Positions 10,071 through 19,926 of a stretch of DNA of 64,000 nucleotides are shown one piece after another. Below the pieces are notes generated by a model. The model ran no database searches. It saw only the letters and a list, made by a program, of their open reading frames with translations, and was not told where the DNA came from. The stretch lies in the NCBI GenBank assembly GCA_965261975.1, contig CBDHEC010000056.1:32001-96000 (forward strand), read 5' to 3'. This DNA comes from Alphaproteobacteria bacterium. GTDB taxonomy: Bacteria > Pseudomonadota > Alphaproteobacteria > UBA6615. The first letter of the stretch is position 1. The number at the start of each line of letters is the position of its first letter. Both the position numbers and the translations under genes were made by a program.

Positions 10071-10290
10071 GGTCCCATTGCTGATATCACCGAAGCCCCT
10101 GCGTTCGCAACGAACAGGTTGGTGCGTGCCGGGACGCAAAAGATCGTCGCCGGCCCGGGAAAATGAAAGATATGTTCCATCTCGGCGCTGGTTCGCGTCC
10201 CCCGTGCGCACTAGAGTTTGTCCACCCGTCGGCCAAGGTGGAACGGCGAAAGGCGGGGGGACAAGAAAGATGATCGAGGAGACCAGTGCC

Positions 10291-10980
10291 ATGTCGCGTA
10301 CCCAAGGACGCATTCAGAAGATCGAACCCGAGGCCGTTGATGGCGAATTCGAGGAGTTCTACGGCGCGGTGACCGCACTGCTCGGCCGTGTGCCCCACTT
10401 CTACCGGACGATTTCCAACGCACCGTTCCTGGCGATGCTGCTTCTGCCGATCAACGCGGCGGCCCAGCGCGAATGGCCGGGCACGCGCGTGTCGGGCAAG
10501 CTCAAGGAGATGGTGGTGATCAAGACCAGCCACGTGAATGGCTGCGACTACTGCTACGCCCACAACACCTCGCTGGGCCAGGCCGCCGGCATCACCCACG
10601 AGCAGATCATCGACATGTCGTCGGACGACTATCTGACGTCGGACCGGTTCAACGAGCGTGAGAAGGCGGCGATCCTGTGGGCCGAGAACATGACCCGCAA
10701 CACCGCCCAGAAGAATGGCGAGGTGTATGACCGGCTGCGCGCGAACTTCTCCGAGGGTGAGATCGTCGAGATCACGATGCTCTGCGCGATGTTCAACATG
10801 ATCAACCGGATCAATGATTCCCTCGATGTGTTGATCGAGGAGCAGCCGGAGATCGACAAGATCCAGACCTCCCTGCATCTTGATCCGGCAAAAATGGGCG
10901 ACTATTTGCGCTGGCTGGCCGATCATTGGCCGAGCGAGTTCGACACCATGAACAAGCAGGCCGAAGACGCCGCCGCCTGA
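10291..10980 (+). CDS. Carboxymuconolactone decarboxylase/AhpD-like peroxidase family protein
   Basis: KLKEMVVIKTSHVNGCDYCYAHN (CxxC plus His); FSEGEIVEI…FNMINRIND; GAGGA RBS. Confidence 0.85.
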   Translation: MSRTQGRIQKIEPEAVDGEFEEFYGAVTALLGRVPHFYRTISNAPFLAMLLLPINAAAQREWPGTRVSGKLKEMVVIKTSHVNGCDYCYAHNTSLGQAAGITHEQIIDMSSDDYLTSDRFNEREKAAILWAENMTRNTAQKNGEVYDRLRANFSEGEIVEITMLCAMFNMINRINDSLDVLIEEQPEIDKIQTSLHLDPAKMGDYLRWLADHWPSEFDTMNKQAEDAAA

Positions 10981-11025
10981 CCGGTCAGGTTTGGGGCGAA
11001 GCGCAGGATTAGTCCGTACAAACTG

Positions 11026-11034
11026 TGTGGATAA
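11026..11034 (-). promoter_or_regulatory. Perfect DnaA box
   Basis: TGTGGATAA is the reverse complement of TTATCCACA; a second box with one mismatch (TTTTCCACA) lies at 11167-11175. Confidence 0.5.
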
Positions 11035-11199
11035 TTTGTGGGCAGAATTGCCTCGGGCGGCTGACTCGCGTTGCCTGCTGCATTAGCTTGTGCGCACGTA
11101 AGTAGAGACGAGTATTGTTGCCGGGCTGGCCGGACGTCACGCCCGGTGCAAGCTTGTTTGGGGGAGTTTTCCACAATAACCACGTGGTTCGCGGCACGC

Positions 11200-11730
11200 A
11201 TGGCGATCGTATCGAATGACGACGTGGCCAATTTCGAGGGATCGGAGTTGGCAGCAGGCAAGGAAGGTGCCGCGCCGCCGCGCGCGGTCGCACCTGCGCC
11301 GGCCGAGAATATCTGGGTGTTGTGTCGAAAACGCGCCGACGGCGACGTCGAGACCGTCCGGGCATTCGACGATGAGGACCGGGCCCGCGCGGACCTGGAC
11401 CTGGCGGCAAGCATTTCCGATGACGAATTCTGGGTCTCGGCCGTACCGATGATGTGCGCGCCACCTGCTTCGGCCGTGGCCGGCGATGTGTCGCCGGTCC
11501 AGGCCCTGGCGCTCACCTGGATGGCGCAGGGCGCGGAAGCGGAGGGTTCGATCACGTTCGATGACCCCGTGGTGGTGAGCCCGCGCCATGTGCGTGGTTT
11601 CGTCTCCGTGCCGGCACATGAATGGCGCGAGATGGAAGAACGCGGCTGGGTTCGCGATGGCCTGATTACGCCCGAGGGCGCCGACAAGGTCGGCCTCGCC
11701 CGCCCGCTGCAAGCGTCGGACGACGAATAG
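11200..11730 (+). CDS. Hypothetical protein
   Basis: Open frame with protein-like composition and GC-rich codon usage; no recognised family; start uncertain. Confidence 0.6.
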   Translation: MAIVSNDDVANFEGSELAAGKEGAAPPRAVAPAPAENIWVLCRKRADGDVETVRAFDDEDRARADLDLAASISDDEFWVSAVPMMCAPPASAVAGDVSPVQALALTWMAQGAEAEGSITFDDPVVVSPRHVRGFVSVPAHEWREMEERGWVRDGLITPEGADKVGLARPLQASDDE

Positions 11731-11768
11731 AACCATCCAGTTTGATTATCGGGAGTGGACGTTGCGCC

Positions 11769-13514
11769 CTAGGCGTCGACGGCGCCGGTCGGTTTCAGCT
11801 CGATTGTCGATTCCCACATGCGAAGCGCCAGTGTGAACCGTGATCCACGGCCCAGTTCGCTCTCCAGCGTGATATCACCGCCCATCAGCTGGGCGAGATT
11901 GCGGGCCACGTGCAGGCCGATGCCGACGCCCTCGGTCGTGGTTGTCAGGGCGTCAGAACGGACCCGGTGGAAACGGTCGAATACGGCCTGCTGTTGATCA
12001 ATCGGGATGCCGATGCCGGTGTCCCAGACGGTGATGTAGAGCAGGTCTTCCTTGCCGTGGACGATTTCCACGCCGACGCTGCCGCCCTCGGTTGTAAATT
12101 TGAGCGCGTTGGTCAGCAGGTTGATCAGAATCTGCCGGGCCGCCGTCTTGTCTGCGATGACCGAAAGGTCATCAGCCACCGGCGGCGCGACCAGCACGAT
12201 TTCGGATTCCTTGGCCCGCACTTCGATCATGGAGACCGTGTCGCGAACCAGGTCGGCAACCCCGACCTCGACCAGGTCCATGTCCGTCGTTTCGTTTTCG
12301 ATCCGCACGGTATCAAGCAGGTTGTCAATGATCTGCACCAGGTGCCCGGATGCCGACAGGATGTTGTCCAGATAGGACGGGATCCGCTCACCGGCTGCTT
12401 CGGTTATCTGCCGCCGGCAAAGCTCGGTGAAACCGATAATCGCGTTCAAGGGCGTGCGCAGCTCATGGCTGGTCAGCGCCAGAAAATCCGTCTTGGCGTC
12501 CGATGCGGATTGCGCGCGCACCAGCGTGTCGCGCAGCTGTTCGTTGCGCAGTTCGAGCGCCGAAAGGGCCTGCTCGAGCTTCTGGCGGGCCGAAACGGCG
12601 TCGCGTTCGGCCTCGAGCGCGCGGGTGACGTCGGTCCCGGTTCCGCGATATCCAAGGAAACGCCCGTTGCCGGTATCGAAGAAGGGCATCCCGCTCAGGT
12701 GAACACGGCGGGATTGGCCGGTTTCGTCGCGCATGATGAACAGACGATTGCGGAACGGCCGCCGGTCCTGCATCAGCAGTTTCAGATCCGGAACCCCGGC
12801 AACCGGATCCGGCAGGCTGCCGAGCGAGAGTACGTGTTTACCCAGATGGGCCTCTGGTGGCGCGCCGGTGATGGCGGCGATGCGCGCTGATACTTCCGTC
12901 AGGCGCATGTCGGTGTCTGTTTCCCAGACCCAGTCGGATGTGGACCGGATAACGTCGGTCAGCTTGTCGTCGAGCGCGGCGAGGCGCTGCTCGGACGTGA
13001 TCCAACGGGTGATATCTTCGAAATATCCATAGATGACGGCGGCGCCATCGTTATCTACCAGGAAATGGCGGCCACGGAAGGTGCGGGCGACGCCACCGAT
13101 TTCGGCGCGTGTGCGCCCGGGGTCGAAATGCCCCGTGGAGACGAGCGCATCGAAGACGACGGACAGGGCCGCCGGGGCGGCCGTCACGGTCTCGGTGCCG
13201 TCGGCGAGGTTCCACGCCGCGCGGGCGAAATAGAGAAATGCGTCATTGTGCCAGGTGATCGTGCCGTCTGGCGTCGCGACATAGGCCGGGCCGAGATGTT
13301 CGAGCAAATTCGGGTGGGGCAGGCCGGGCGGCGGTGCCGACGGTGAAACCGCCGCGCCATGGGGCGTGACCTCGGATACGAGCGATTCGATCGTCTGTTT
13401 CAGGTTCGACCGTTGCTTGCGGCGCGAGAAAATGCGCCCTTTTTCACCCGCTGATTTATGTCGAACGATCTCTGTCATGTGTATTTCGTCTGTCTCAACA
13501 CTTCGCGGGAACAT
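11769..13514 (-). CDS. Cytoplasmic PAS-domain histidine kinase, PleC/DivJ-like H-box
   Basis: PAS (SDWVWETD…GYRGTGTDVT), H-box SHELRTPLNAIIGF, NLLTNALKFT, DTGIGI, GVGIGL; alternative start at 13478. Confidence 0.9.
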   Translation of the reverse strand: MFPRSVETDEIHMTEIVRHKSAGEKGRIFSRRKQRSNLKQTIESLVSEVTPHGAAVSPSAPPPGLPHPNLLEHLGPAYVATPDGTITWHNDAFLYFARAAWNLADGTETVTAAPAALSVVFDALVSTGHFDPGRTRAEIGGVARTFRGRHFLVDNDGAAVIYGYFEDITRWITSEQRLAALDDKLTDVIRSTSDWVWETDTDMRLTEVSARIAAITGAPPEAHLGKHVLSLGSLPDPVAGVPDLKLLMQDRRPFRNRLFIMRDETGQSRRVHLSGMPFFDTGNGRFLGYRGTGTDVTRALEAERDAVSARQKLEQALSALELRNEQLRDTLVRAQSASDAKTDFLALTSHELRTPLNAIIGFTELCRRQITEAAGERIPSYLDNILSASGHLVQIIDNLLDTVRIENETTDMDLVEVGVADLVRDTVSMIEVRAKESEIVLVAPPVADDLSVIADKTAARQILINLLTNALKFTTEGGSVGVEIVHGKEDLLYITVWDTGIGIPIDQQQAVFDRFHRVRSDALTTTTEGVGIGLHVARNLAQLMGGDITLESELGRGSRFTLALRMWESTIELKPTGAVDA

Positions 13515-13577
13515 GGTGAACGGAACGTTAATTATTTTTGGCGGAAGAGGTTTATAAATGATTAACCGGGGAGGTCA

Positions 13578-13597
13578 ATTCATAAATTGTTATGAAT
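13578..13597. promoter_or_regulatory. Inverted repeat, putative transcription-factor site in an AT-rich divergent promoter region
   Basis: ATTCATAA-ATTG-TTATGAAT, a perfect 8-4-8 palindrome. Confidence 0.5.
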
Positions 13598-13878
13598 CAA
13601 TGACTTACGGAGACATTTGAATGGAAAATACTAAGTTTTGGTATGCACTCTCGGGCAACCACGACATGTGCGGTTTGACGGTTAAATACTGCGGCGCAAC
13701 ATGGAATCCGGTTTTCGCGCTAGTAATGGGTCGTGATTCTCGTGTTATGATTTTCCTGTATTTGAATGGGATTTGTTTTTCGTTGTTAATGCGCACCGTG
13801 GCGTGATCGACGTGGATTAGAGTGCGTTCCAGAGTTGTTCATCTCGCCCCGGCGCCGAGTGCGTCAGGACCGTCGGCG

Positions 13879-14406
13879 ATGACCGATACAGGAACAACGG
13901 GCGACAGCGGGGGCCAACGGGTTTCTGCGACCGTTAAGTGGTTCAACCCCATCAAGGGGTTCGGTTTCGTTCAACCCGCGAATGGAACCGGGGACGCTTT
14001 CATCCATGTTTCGGTTCTGGAGGCCGCCGGGCAGAAAGACCTGCAGGATGGCGCCGAACTCGAATGCGAAATTGAACAGGGCCCGCGCGGGCCCATGGTT
14101 TCGATCATTCACAACATCACCGCAGGCTCCGGCGAGGCCACCGAGGCCGTCGACGAGAACGCGCCCGTCACCGAAGGGGTTGTGAAGTTCTTCGACGCCA
14201 ACAAGGGCTACGGCTTTGTCGTGCCGGATGGAGACGGACCGGATGTGTTTGTATCCGGTCGCGTGGTGGCTCAGTCGGGCCTCCGGATGCTCGAAGCCGA
14301 TACGCGGGTGCGCGTCACGACCAAGATGGGTGACAAGGGCCCGCTCGCCCAGACCGTCGAATTGCTGGACGGTGGAGATGCGCCCGGCGGTGCCGTCGAA
14401 GACTAG
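13879..14406 (+). CDS. Cold-shock protein with two CSD domains
   Basis: VKWFNPIKGFGFV…FIH and VKFFDANKGYGFV…DVFV (RNP1/RNP2 twice). Confidence 0.9.
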   Translation: MTDTGTTGDSGGQRVSATVKWFNPIKGFGFVQPANGTGDAFIHVSVLEAAGQKDLQDGAELECEIEQGPRGPMVSIIHNITAGSGEATEAVDENAPVTEGVVKFFDANKGYGFVVPDGDGPDVFVSGRVVAQSGLRMLEADTRVRVTTKMGDKGPLAQTVELLDGGDAPGGAVED

Positions 14407-14412
14407 CCCCGT

Positions 14413-14928
14413 CTAGTGCAACACTCGCAGTAATCCGGCGCCGTCGACCTGGTGACCGTCGCCCTGGTTCCGATACTTCAGGATGTATCCGGTTTCGAAC
14501 AACTCGCGTGCAATCGACTTCGAGCATAGCCCGATCTTCCTGACGGCGGTGTTGGGGACCAACCATTGAAGCATGGCTTGTGCGTGCAGAACCTCGCCGG
14601 CCTGATAGGCGGCCAGCAGATTCAGGATGCAGATTTCGTCCTGGCTGATATGGCAGCAGACCGGGGGATAGAGCTGCAGATGGCGGCGTGCCTGGATTCC
14701 GAGATCTCGGAACAAATCGTCGAGTGCGTCACACAGTCGGGTCGCCGTGCGAGGCCCGCAAGCCCGGTTGAATTCGAGGACGACTTCACTCCATTGGGCC
14801 CGGTTTTGGACCCATTGGCGCAACGCGTGCAAAACCAGACGCTCCATATAGTTCAAATCGTGGGCCGACGGCCGGTCTGACACGGGTCGCGGGGCCATAT
14901 CTCCGGGGCGGTCATTTATCTGGGTCAT
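14413..14928 (-). CDS. Hypothetical protein, probably iron-regulated
   Basis: Clean ORF with PPVCCHISQDE motif; Fur-like box just upstream. Confidence 0.65.
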   Translation of the reverse strand: MTQINDRPGDMAPRPVSDRPSAHDLNYMERLVLHALRQWVQNRAQWSEVVLEFNRACGPRTATRLCDALDDLFRDLGIQARRHLQLYPPVCCHISQDEICILNLLAAYQAGEVLHAQAMLQWLVPNTAVRKIGLCSKSIARELFETGYILKYRNQGDGHQVDGAGLLRVLH

Positions 14929-14968
14929 GCGGCTGTCGCCTGGCTGGGTGTGGAGGTGGCAACCATAA

Positions 14969-14989
14969 TGCGAGTGATAATCATTCGCA
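14969..14989. promoter_or_regulatory. Fur-like iron-regulatory box
   Basis: TGCGAGTGAT-A-ATCATTCGCA, a 10-1-10 palindrome with one mismatch, containing GATAATCATT. Confidence 0.65.
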
Positions 14990-15053
14990 ACTAAATATTA
15001 TGTGAATGGGCCAGCTCCCTTCGTTGGGGCCATAAACTATTGATTTAATGAAT

Positions 15054-15776
15054 TTATTTACGCGCCAATGCGGCCAGCCGGACCAGTTCTGCGCGCGCGC
15101 TTTCCGGGCCATCGACCAGGTTCTCAAAATCAACGCGTGATTCGGTATCGTTGCGCGCGAGGTCCATGCCCTCGGGATCGATGCCCGTCATGGCCCACCC
15201 CAAACCATGACGATCGGCGAGTTCGGTTGCGTAGGCGTGTACGGCATCGGCATGGTCGTTGTTCATATGCGCGACAATCTCGGACTCGGCTTCCGCGAGA
15301 TCCGTACTGTCCGGTGTCAACAGAACCACATCGTCGGCTGGCAGGGTTTCGATCCGGCCGAAACCCGCGATGAAATGCACGCTTTCGATTTCCAGACGGT
15401 AGAGGTTGAAATCCCCGAACGACATTTGACTGCGAGCGCCACCGTGATGGCGTAGAAACCGTTCCTTCTGGTCCTCGTCGTCACTGGCCATAACGCGCCC
15501 GATCAGCGTCGCACGGGTCTGACTCAAAGAACCGAGGCCGAGATTACCGATGATGAGGGACGCTCTTTGTTCGGTTGCCAAATTACGGCTGTGTCGCGCC
15601 AGGTCGGACATCAACAAGAGCGGGTTGGCATCCATCGTACAAGAGGTTAGCACGAGACTGCCATAGGGGGTGCCGCCCGTTTCCAGATCGACCGTGGACA
15701 AGACACCCGACCGGCTTGTGCGGATTAGGCGCCGGACCAGTGGCCCGCCAGATTTGTCTCGATCATCGATGCTCAT
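15054..15776 (-). CDS. HugZ-family heme-binding protein (PNPOx-like split barrel plus DUF2470)
   Basis: GTPYGSLV…SDLARHSRNL; IAGFGRI; IVAHMNNDHADA…GIDPEGMDL. Confidence 0.85.
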   Translation of the reverse strand: MSIDDRDKSGGPLVRRLIRTSRSGVLSTVDLETGGTPYGSLVLTSCTMDANPLLLMSDLARHSRNLATEQRASLIIGNLGLGSLSQTRATLIGRVMASDDEDQKERFLRHHGGARSQMSFGDFNLYRLEIESVHFIAGFGRIETLPADDVVLLTPDSTDLAEAESEIVAHMNNDHADAVHAYATELADRHGLGWAMTGIDPEGMDLARNDTESRVDFENLVDGPESARAELVRLAALARK

Positions 15777-15825
15777 GGCGCGCGGAGATTAACGAAACGC
15801 CGCCATGTCGCAAGGGGAATAAGCG

Positions 15826-16407
15826 TTAATGGTTGTGGCCGCTGTGACCACCATGCCCCTTCGGTTTTTCAGCCTTTGGCGCCTCGTTCGAGCCATGCCC
15901 GCTATGGGCACCCGAGCCGTGGTCGCCCGATGACATGGGCGCAGCGTTACCGGATGCCCGGCGCGCGCCCGCCGCTTCCACAACGACTTCGATCTCGACC
16001 CTACCGGCATTCTCGAACACCAACGTCAGGGGGATCACGGTTTCCTCGAACAACGGGGTCTTAAGCCCGATCAGCATGACATGGAACCCACCCGGCTCAA
16101 GCACCGCTTCACCGGTCGCGGGTATCGGCACACCGTCGACCGGCCGCATCCGCATGACATTGTCGACCATGCTGTGACCATGAATTTGTACGGTCTCGGC
16201 ATCGGACGATTCGGCGCCCACCAGTCGATCCGGTTTGTTTTCGTTGGTCGCGATCGTCATGAACACGGCCCCTACTTTCTGGCTCGGGGCGGTCGCGCGT
16301 GACCAGGGATGGGAAATGGTCAGATGCTCGGATTTCTCTTCATGAGCCCAGGCCGGCGCGGACAGGAACAGAAGCGCAAGGAATACAGATACGATACGGG
16401 TGATCAT
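15826..16407 (-). CDS. Periplasmic copper chaperone PCu(A)C with His-rich tail
   Basis: Signal peptide; H-x10-M…PGGFHVML copper motif. Confidence 0.9.
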   Translation of the reverse strand: MITRIVSVFLALLFLSAPAWAHEEKSEHLTISHPWSRATAPSQKVGAVFMTIATNENKPDRLVGAESSDAETVQIHGHSMVDNVMRMRPVDGVPIPATGEAVLEPGGFHVMLIGLKTPLFEETVIPLTLVFENAGRVEIEVVVEAAGARRASGNAAPMSSGDHGSGAHSGHGSNEAPKAEKPKGHGGHSGHNH

Positions 16408-16430
16408 GCTCGGGTCCGGTTGTGCGGGGG

Positions 16431-17054
16431 CTAGCTATCGGCGCGTGCGCGCATGTGTTGGCGGATGGCGTCGGCCATCTCCTCGGGCGGAGTGCCGTAT
16501 CGAAACATCGAGGCCACCGCTCCCTTTGGATCGATAAGATAAACGAATGACGTGTGATCCATCAGGTAAAAGGTGACATTCGGATCCTCGAAACGCCGGT
16601 AGAAGACACGGTATTTTTCCGCGACGTCCTTGATCTCAGCGTCCGTGCCGGTCAGCCCGATCAAACGGTCGTGGAACAGCGGCACATACTCCGCCAGGAT
16701 TTCGGGCGTATCGCGCTCCGGGTCGATGGTGATCATCACCGGTGTCACCCGTTCGCCTGCTTCGCCCAGCTCGTCGATCGCGACCGCAATCTCACCGAGC
16801 TCTGTTGTACAGATGTCCGGGCAGAATGTGTAGCCGAAATAGATGAGGGCGTATTTTCCGCGCAGCGCCTCGTCATTCATTCGCGAACCGGTGTGGTCGG
16901 TCAGCTCGAACGGTCCGCCGATACTGACATTCACGACCATTCCCCCGACCGGGGCGCTCTCGGGGGTTTCGGCGACCCTGAGGTTGAGCCAGGCGCCGAG
17001 CGCAAACACGGCCACGACGAGGGTGACGACGAGAATGGGGAGCTTGCGATTCAT
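16431..17054 (-). CDS. SCO1/SenC copper chaperone
   Basis: N-terminal transmembrane helix; [10 protein letters not shown]; IDPERDT; MDHTSFVYL. Confidence 0.92.
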   Translation of the reverse strand: MNRKLPILVVTLVVAVFALGAWLNLRVAETPESAPVGGMVVNVSIGGPFELTDHTGSRMNDEALRGKYALIYFGYTFCPDICTTELGEIAVAIDELGEAGERVTPVMITIDPERDTPEILAEYVPLFHDRLIGLTGTDAEIKDVAEKYRVFYRRFEDPNVTFYLMDHTSFVYLIDPKGAVASMFRYGTPPEEMADAIRQHMRARADS

Positions 17055-17292
17055 GGCGGGGAGTAAGGACGAGCGCCCTTGCCTGTGCAATGCGTCGCCC
17101 TGTCGCACATCGCTCACATTTTCGTTCTCGTCCCGTCAATCGGGTGTCCGACGACCGAAATCCGAGCCTCAATTAATGCGAAAGCCGCCCCAATCGGGCC
17201 GCAAATGCGCCATAATGCCGAACGATCGTGTCCTGGCGACGGCGATTTCCGCTGCGCGACGTGTTTCGATCACACGAAAGGGGATTCCGGAC

Positions 17293-17988
17293 ATGACACA
17301 GACAATTGCGTTGGTGGATGACGACCGCAACATCCTGACATCGGTTTCGATGGCCCTGGAAGCCGAAGGGTATAGCGTCAACACCTACGCCGACGGCGAT
17401 GAGGCGCTCAATGGTTTAAGCCAGATGCCGGTCGATCTTGCGGTCCTGGACATCAAGATGCCTCGCATGGACGGCATGGAGCTGCTCGGCAAATTGCGCA
17501 AATCCTCTCGGATGCCGGTGATCTTTCTGACGTCTAAGGACGATGAGATCGATGAGGTCCTCGGCTTGCGGATGGGGGCGGATGACTACATCACCAAGCC
17601 GTTTTCGCAACGGCTGCTGATCGAACGTATCCGGGCGATCCTGCGTCGAGCGGATGTGGGTGAGAGTCCCGGCGAAAGCGACGATGCCGTGATCGAACGC
17701 GGCGACCTTGTGATGGACCCCAACAGGCATCTGTGTTCGTGGCGCGGCGAGGAAGTGACCCTGACCGTCACCGAATTCCTGATCCTCGAAGCGCTCGCGC
17801 AGCGCCCCGGTCATGTCAAAAGCCGAGACCAGCTGATGGACGCGGCCTATGGTGAAAACATCTATGTTGATGACCGGACGATCGACAGCCACATCAAACG
17901 GCTGCGCAAGAAGTTCCGTCAGGTCGACAATGTGTTCGGCCAGATCGAGACCCTGTATGGGATCGGGTATCGCTACAAGGACGCCTGA
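17293..17988 (+). CDS. chvI: OmpR-family response regulator ChvI
   Basis: [14 protein letters not shown]; [10 protein letters not shown]; [16 protein letters not shown]; directly upstream of chvG. Confidence 0.95.
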   Translation: MTQTIALVDDDRNILTSVSMALEAEGYSVNTYADGDEALNGLSQMPVDLAVLDIKMPRMDGMELLGKLRKSSRMPVIFLTSKDDEIDEVLGLRMGADDYITKPFSQRLLIERIRAILRRADVGESPGESDDAVIERGDLVMDPNRHLCSWRGEEVTLTVTEFLILEALAQRPGHVKSRDQLMDAAYGENIYVDDRTIDSHIKRLRKKFRQVDNVFGQIETLYGIGYRYKDA

Positions 17989-18092
17989 TTCGGGGTCGAT
18001 CCGACCAGATGGGGCGGCGCGAGGGTGACGCAATCCGTCAGCCGCACGCCGCGAATGCAGGAACGGGGCCTGCCAGGGACCCGGGGGAAAGA

Positions 18093-19844
18093 ATGACGCT
18101 CGATGCCCGCAGCGGAAATCGGTTGTTCCGTGCCAAACGCGACTCTGCCGAGACGGCTGTATCGCGTGATGGCGGGACGCAGGAAGACCCTGCGCGGCGG
18201 ATCGGGCGGGCGCGCGTTCTGTGGGCCTGGCTGCGCCGCCGCCGACCTTCCACATCACTGACCCGGCGTATCCTGGCGATCAATCTCCTGGTGCTTGCGG
18301 TACCGGTGGGGGGATTCTTCTTTCTCGATCAGTATCAGGAAAGCCTGATCGACGCAGAGATCGAGGCCCTTCGCGTGCAGGGTGAGATTTTTGCCGGGGC
18401 GATCGGTGCGGGCGCCGTGCTCGTGGCACCCGGTGTGGGACAGCAGATCGATCCGGGGCGCGCGAGCCTTATGCTGCGGCGCCTGACCGAACCGACCCAG
18501 AACCGGGCGCGGCTGTTTATCGGTAATGGCGTGATGATCACCGATACCCAGTCGCTGCGCAGCGCACGCGGCCCGGTGCGTGTGCAGACCTTGCCGCCGC
18601 CCAAAGGTTTCGCGCCATGGGTGTGGGCGCAAGACCGGTTCGAAGCACTCCTGGACTGGCTGCCCGGGCAGGGCGAATTACCGGTCTATCAGGAACGGAT
18701 ACCGCAACGGGCCAATGACTATCGCGAAGTCACGGTGGCGCTTGCGGGGATACAGGGGGCTGCCGTTCGCCGGCATGAGACCGGCGGTATGGTGATTTCC
18801 GTTTCGGTCCCGATTCAGCGATACCGCCAGGTCGTCGGTGCGCTGATGCTGTCGCGCGGCAGCGGTGAGATCGAACGCGCCATGCGGGCAATCCGTATCG
18901 ATATTCTGCAGGTCTTCGGCGTGGCGTTCGCCGTCACGATCCTGCTCTCGGTGTATCTGGCGGCGACCATTGCCCGGCCGCTGCGGCGGTTGGCCGTGGC
19001 GGCGCAACGCGTACGCAGCGGGTCGGGCCGCGACGTGACGATGCCGGACTTTGCAAACCGGCGCGACGAGATTGGTGATCTGGGCCGTGACCTGGGGGCC
19101 ATGACCGAGGCCCTGTGGCTGCGCATGGATGCGATCGAGCGGTTCGCCGCCGATGTTGCCCATGAGATCAAGAATCCACTGACGTCGCTGCGCAGCGCGG
19201 TTGAAACCGTCGCGCGGGTCGAGGATGCCGCGCAGCAGAAGAAACTGATGTCGATCATCCTCGACGATGTCGCGCGCCTCGACCGGCTGATCAGCGATAT
19301 CTCGGATGCCTCGCGGCTGGATGCAGAGCTGAGCCGCGATCCGCCTACGGAGATTGATTTGCGCATTGCGCTGGGTGCGCTTGTGGACGTTCAGTCGGTA
19401 ACGCCGGGCGCCGATATCGTGCTCGACCTCGAGCCGGGCGTCGACCTCTCGGTTTGCGCGTTCGAGGACCGGCTCGGCCAGGTGTTTCGCAACATCATCG
19501 CCAACGCCCAGTCCTTCAGCCCACGAGACGGGAAGATCATCGTCGCGGCGAAACGGCACGTGCGTCGCGATGGCGACATGATCACCGTGACGGTCGATGA
19601 TCAGGGCCCCGGTATTCCCGAGGCCAACCTGGAATCGATCTTCAAGCGATTCTATTCGGACCGACCGACCGAGAGTCCGGATGGTGAAAGCCAGAAATTC
19701 GGAACCCATTCGGGTCTGGGGCTTTCCATCTCACGGCAGATCGTCGAGGCTGCCGGCGGAAGGGTCTGGGCAGAAAATCGCCGGGACATCGGTGATCGGA
19801 TTGCCGGTGCCCGTTTCACGGTCGAGTTTCCGGCTTTCGCCTAG
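18093..19844 (+). CDS. chvG: Sensor histidine kinase ChvG
   Basis: SLTRRILAINL transmembrane start; FAADVAHEIKNPLTSLRSA; FYSDRP…HSGLGLSIS. Confidence 0.93.
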   Translation: MTLDARSGNRLFRAKRDSAETAVSRDGGTQEDPARRIGRARVLWAWLRRRRPSTSLTRRILAINLLVLAVPVGGFFFLDQYQESLIDAEIEALRVQGEIFAGAIGAGAVLVAPGVGQQIDPGRASLMLRRLTEPTQNRARLFIGNGVMITDTQSLRSARGPVRVQTLPPPKGFAPWVWAQDRFEALLDWLPGQGELPVYQERIPQRANDYREVTVALAGIQGAAVRRHETGGMVISVSVPIQRYRQVVGALMLSRGSGEIERAMRAIRIDILQVFGVAFAVTILLSVYLAATIARPLRRLAVAAQRVRSGSGRDVTMPDFANRRDEIGDLGRDLGAMTEALWLRMDAIERFAADVAHEIKNPLTSLRSAVETVARVEDAAQQKKLMSIILDDVARLDRLISDISDASRLDAELSRDPPTEIDLRIALGALVDVQSVTPGADIVLDLEPGVDLSVCAFEDRLGQVFRNIIANAQSFSPRDGKIIVAAKRHVRRDGDMITVTVDDQGPGIPEANLESIFKRFYSDRPTESPDGESQKFGTHSGLGLSISRQIVEAAGGRVWAENRRDIGDRIAGARFTVEFPAFA

Positions 19845-19926
19845 CGCCTTGCGGGGCGACAGAATTTCACGCTGTTACCCCTCTCGTCATCTTGTGTATT
19901 TTTATGCACGCGGCTACTGTGCCGGT

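Noticed and set aside
13520-13820. AT-rich region as oriC, and its two short ORFs (13605-13796, 13621-13806)
   Set aside because: No DnaA boxes seen here; the ORFs lack an RBS and typical codon usage; better read as a divergent promoter
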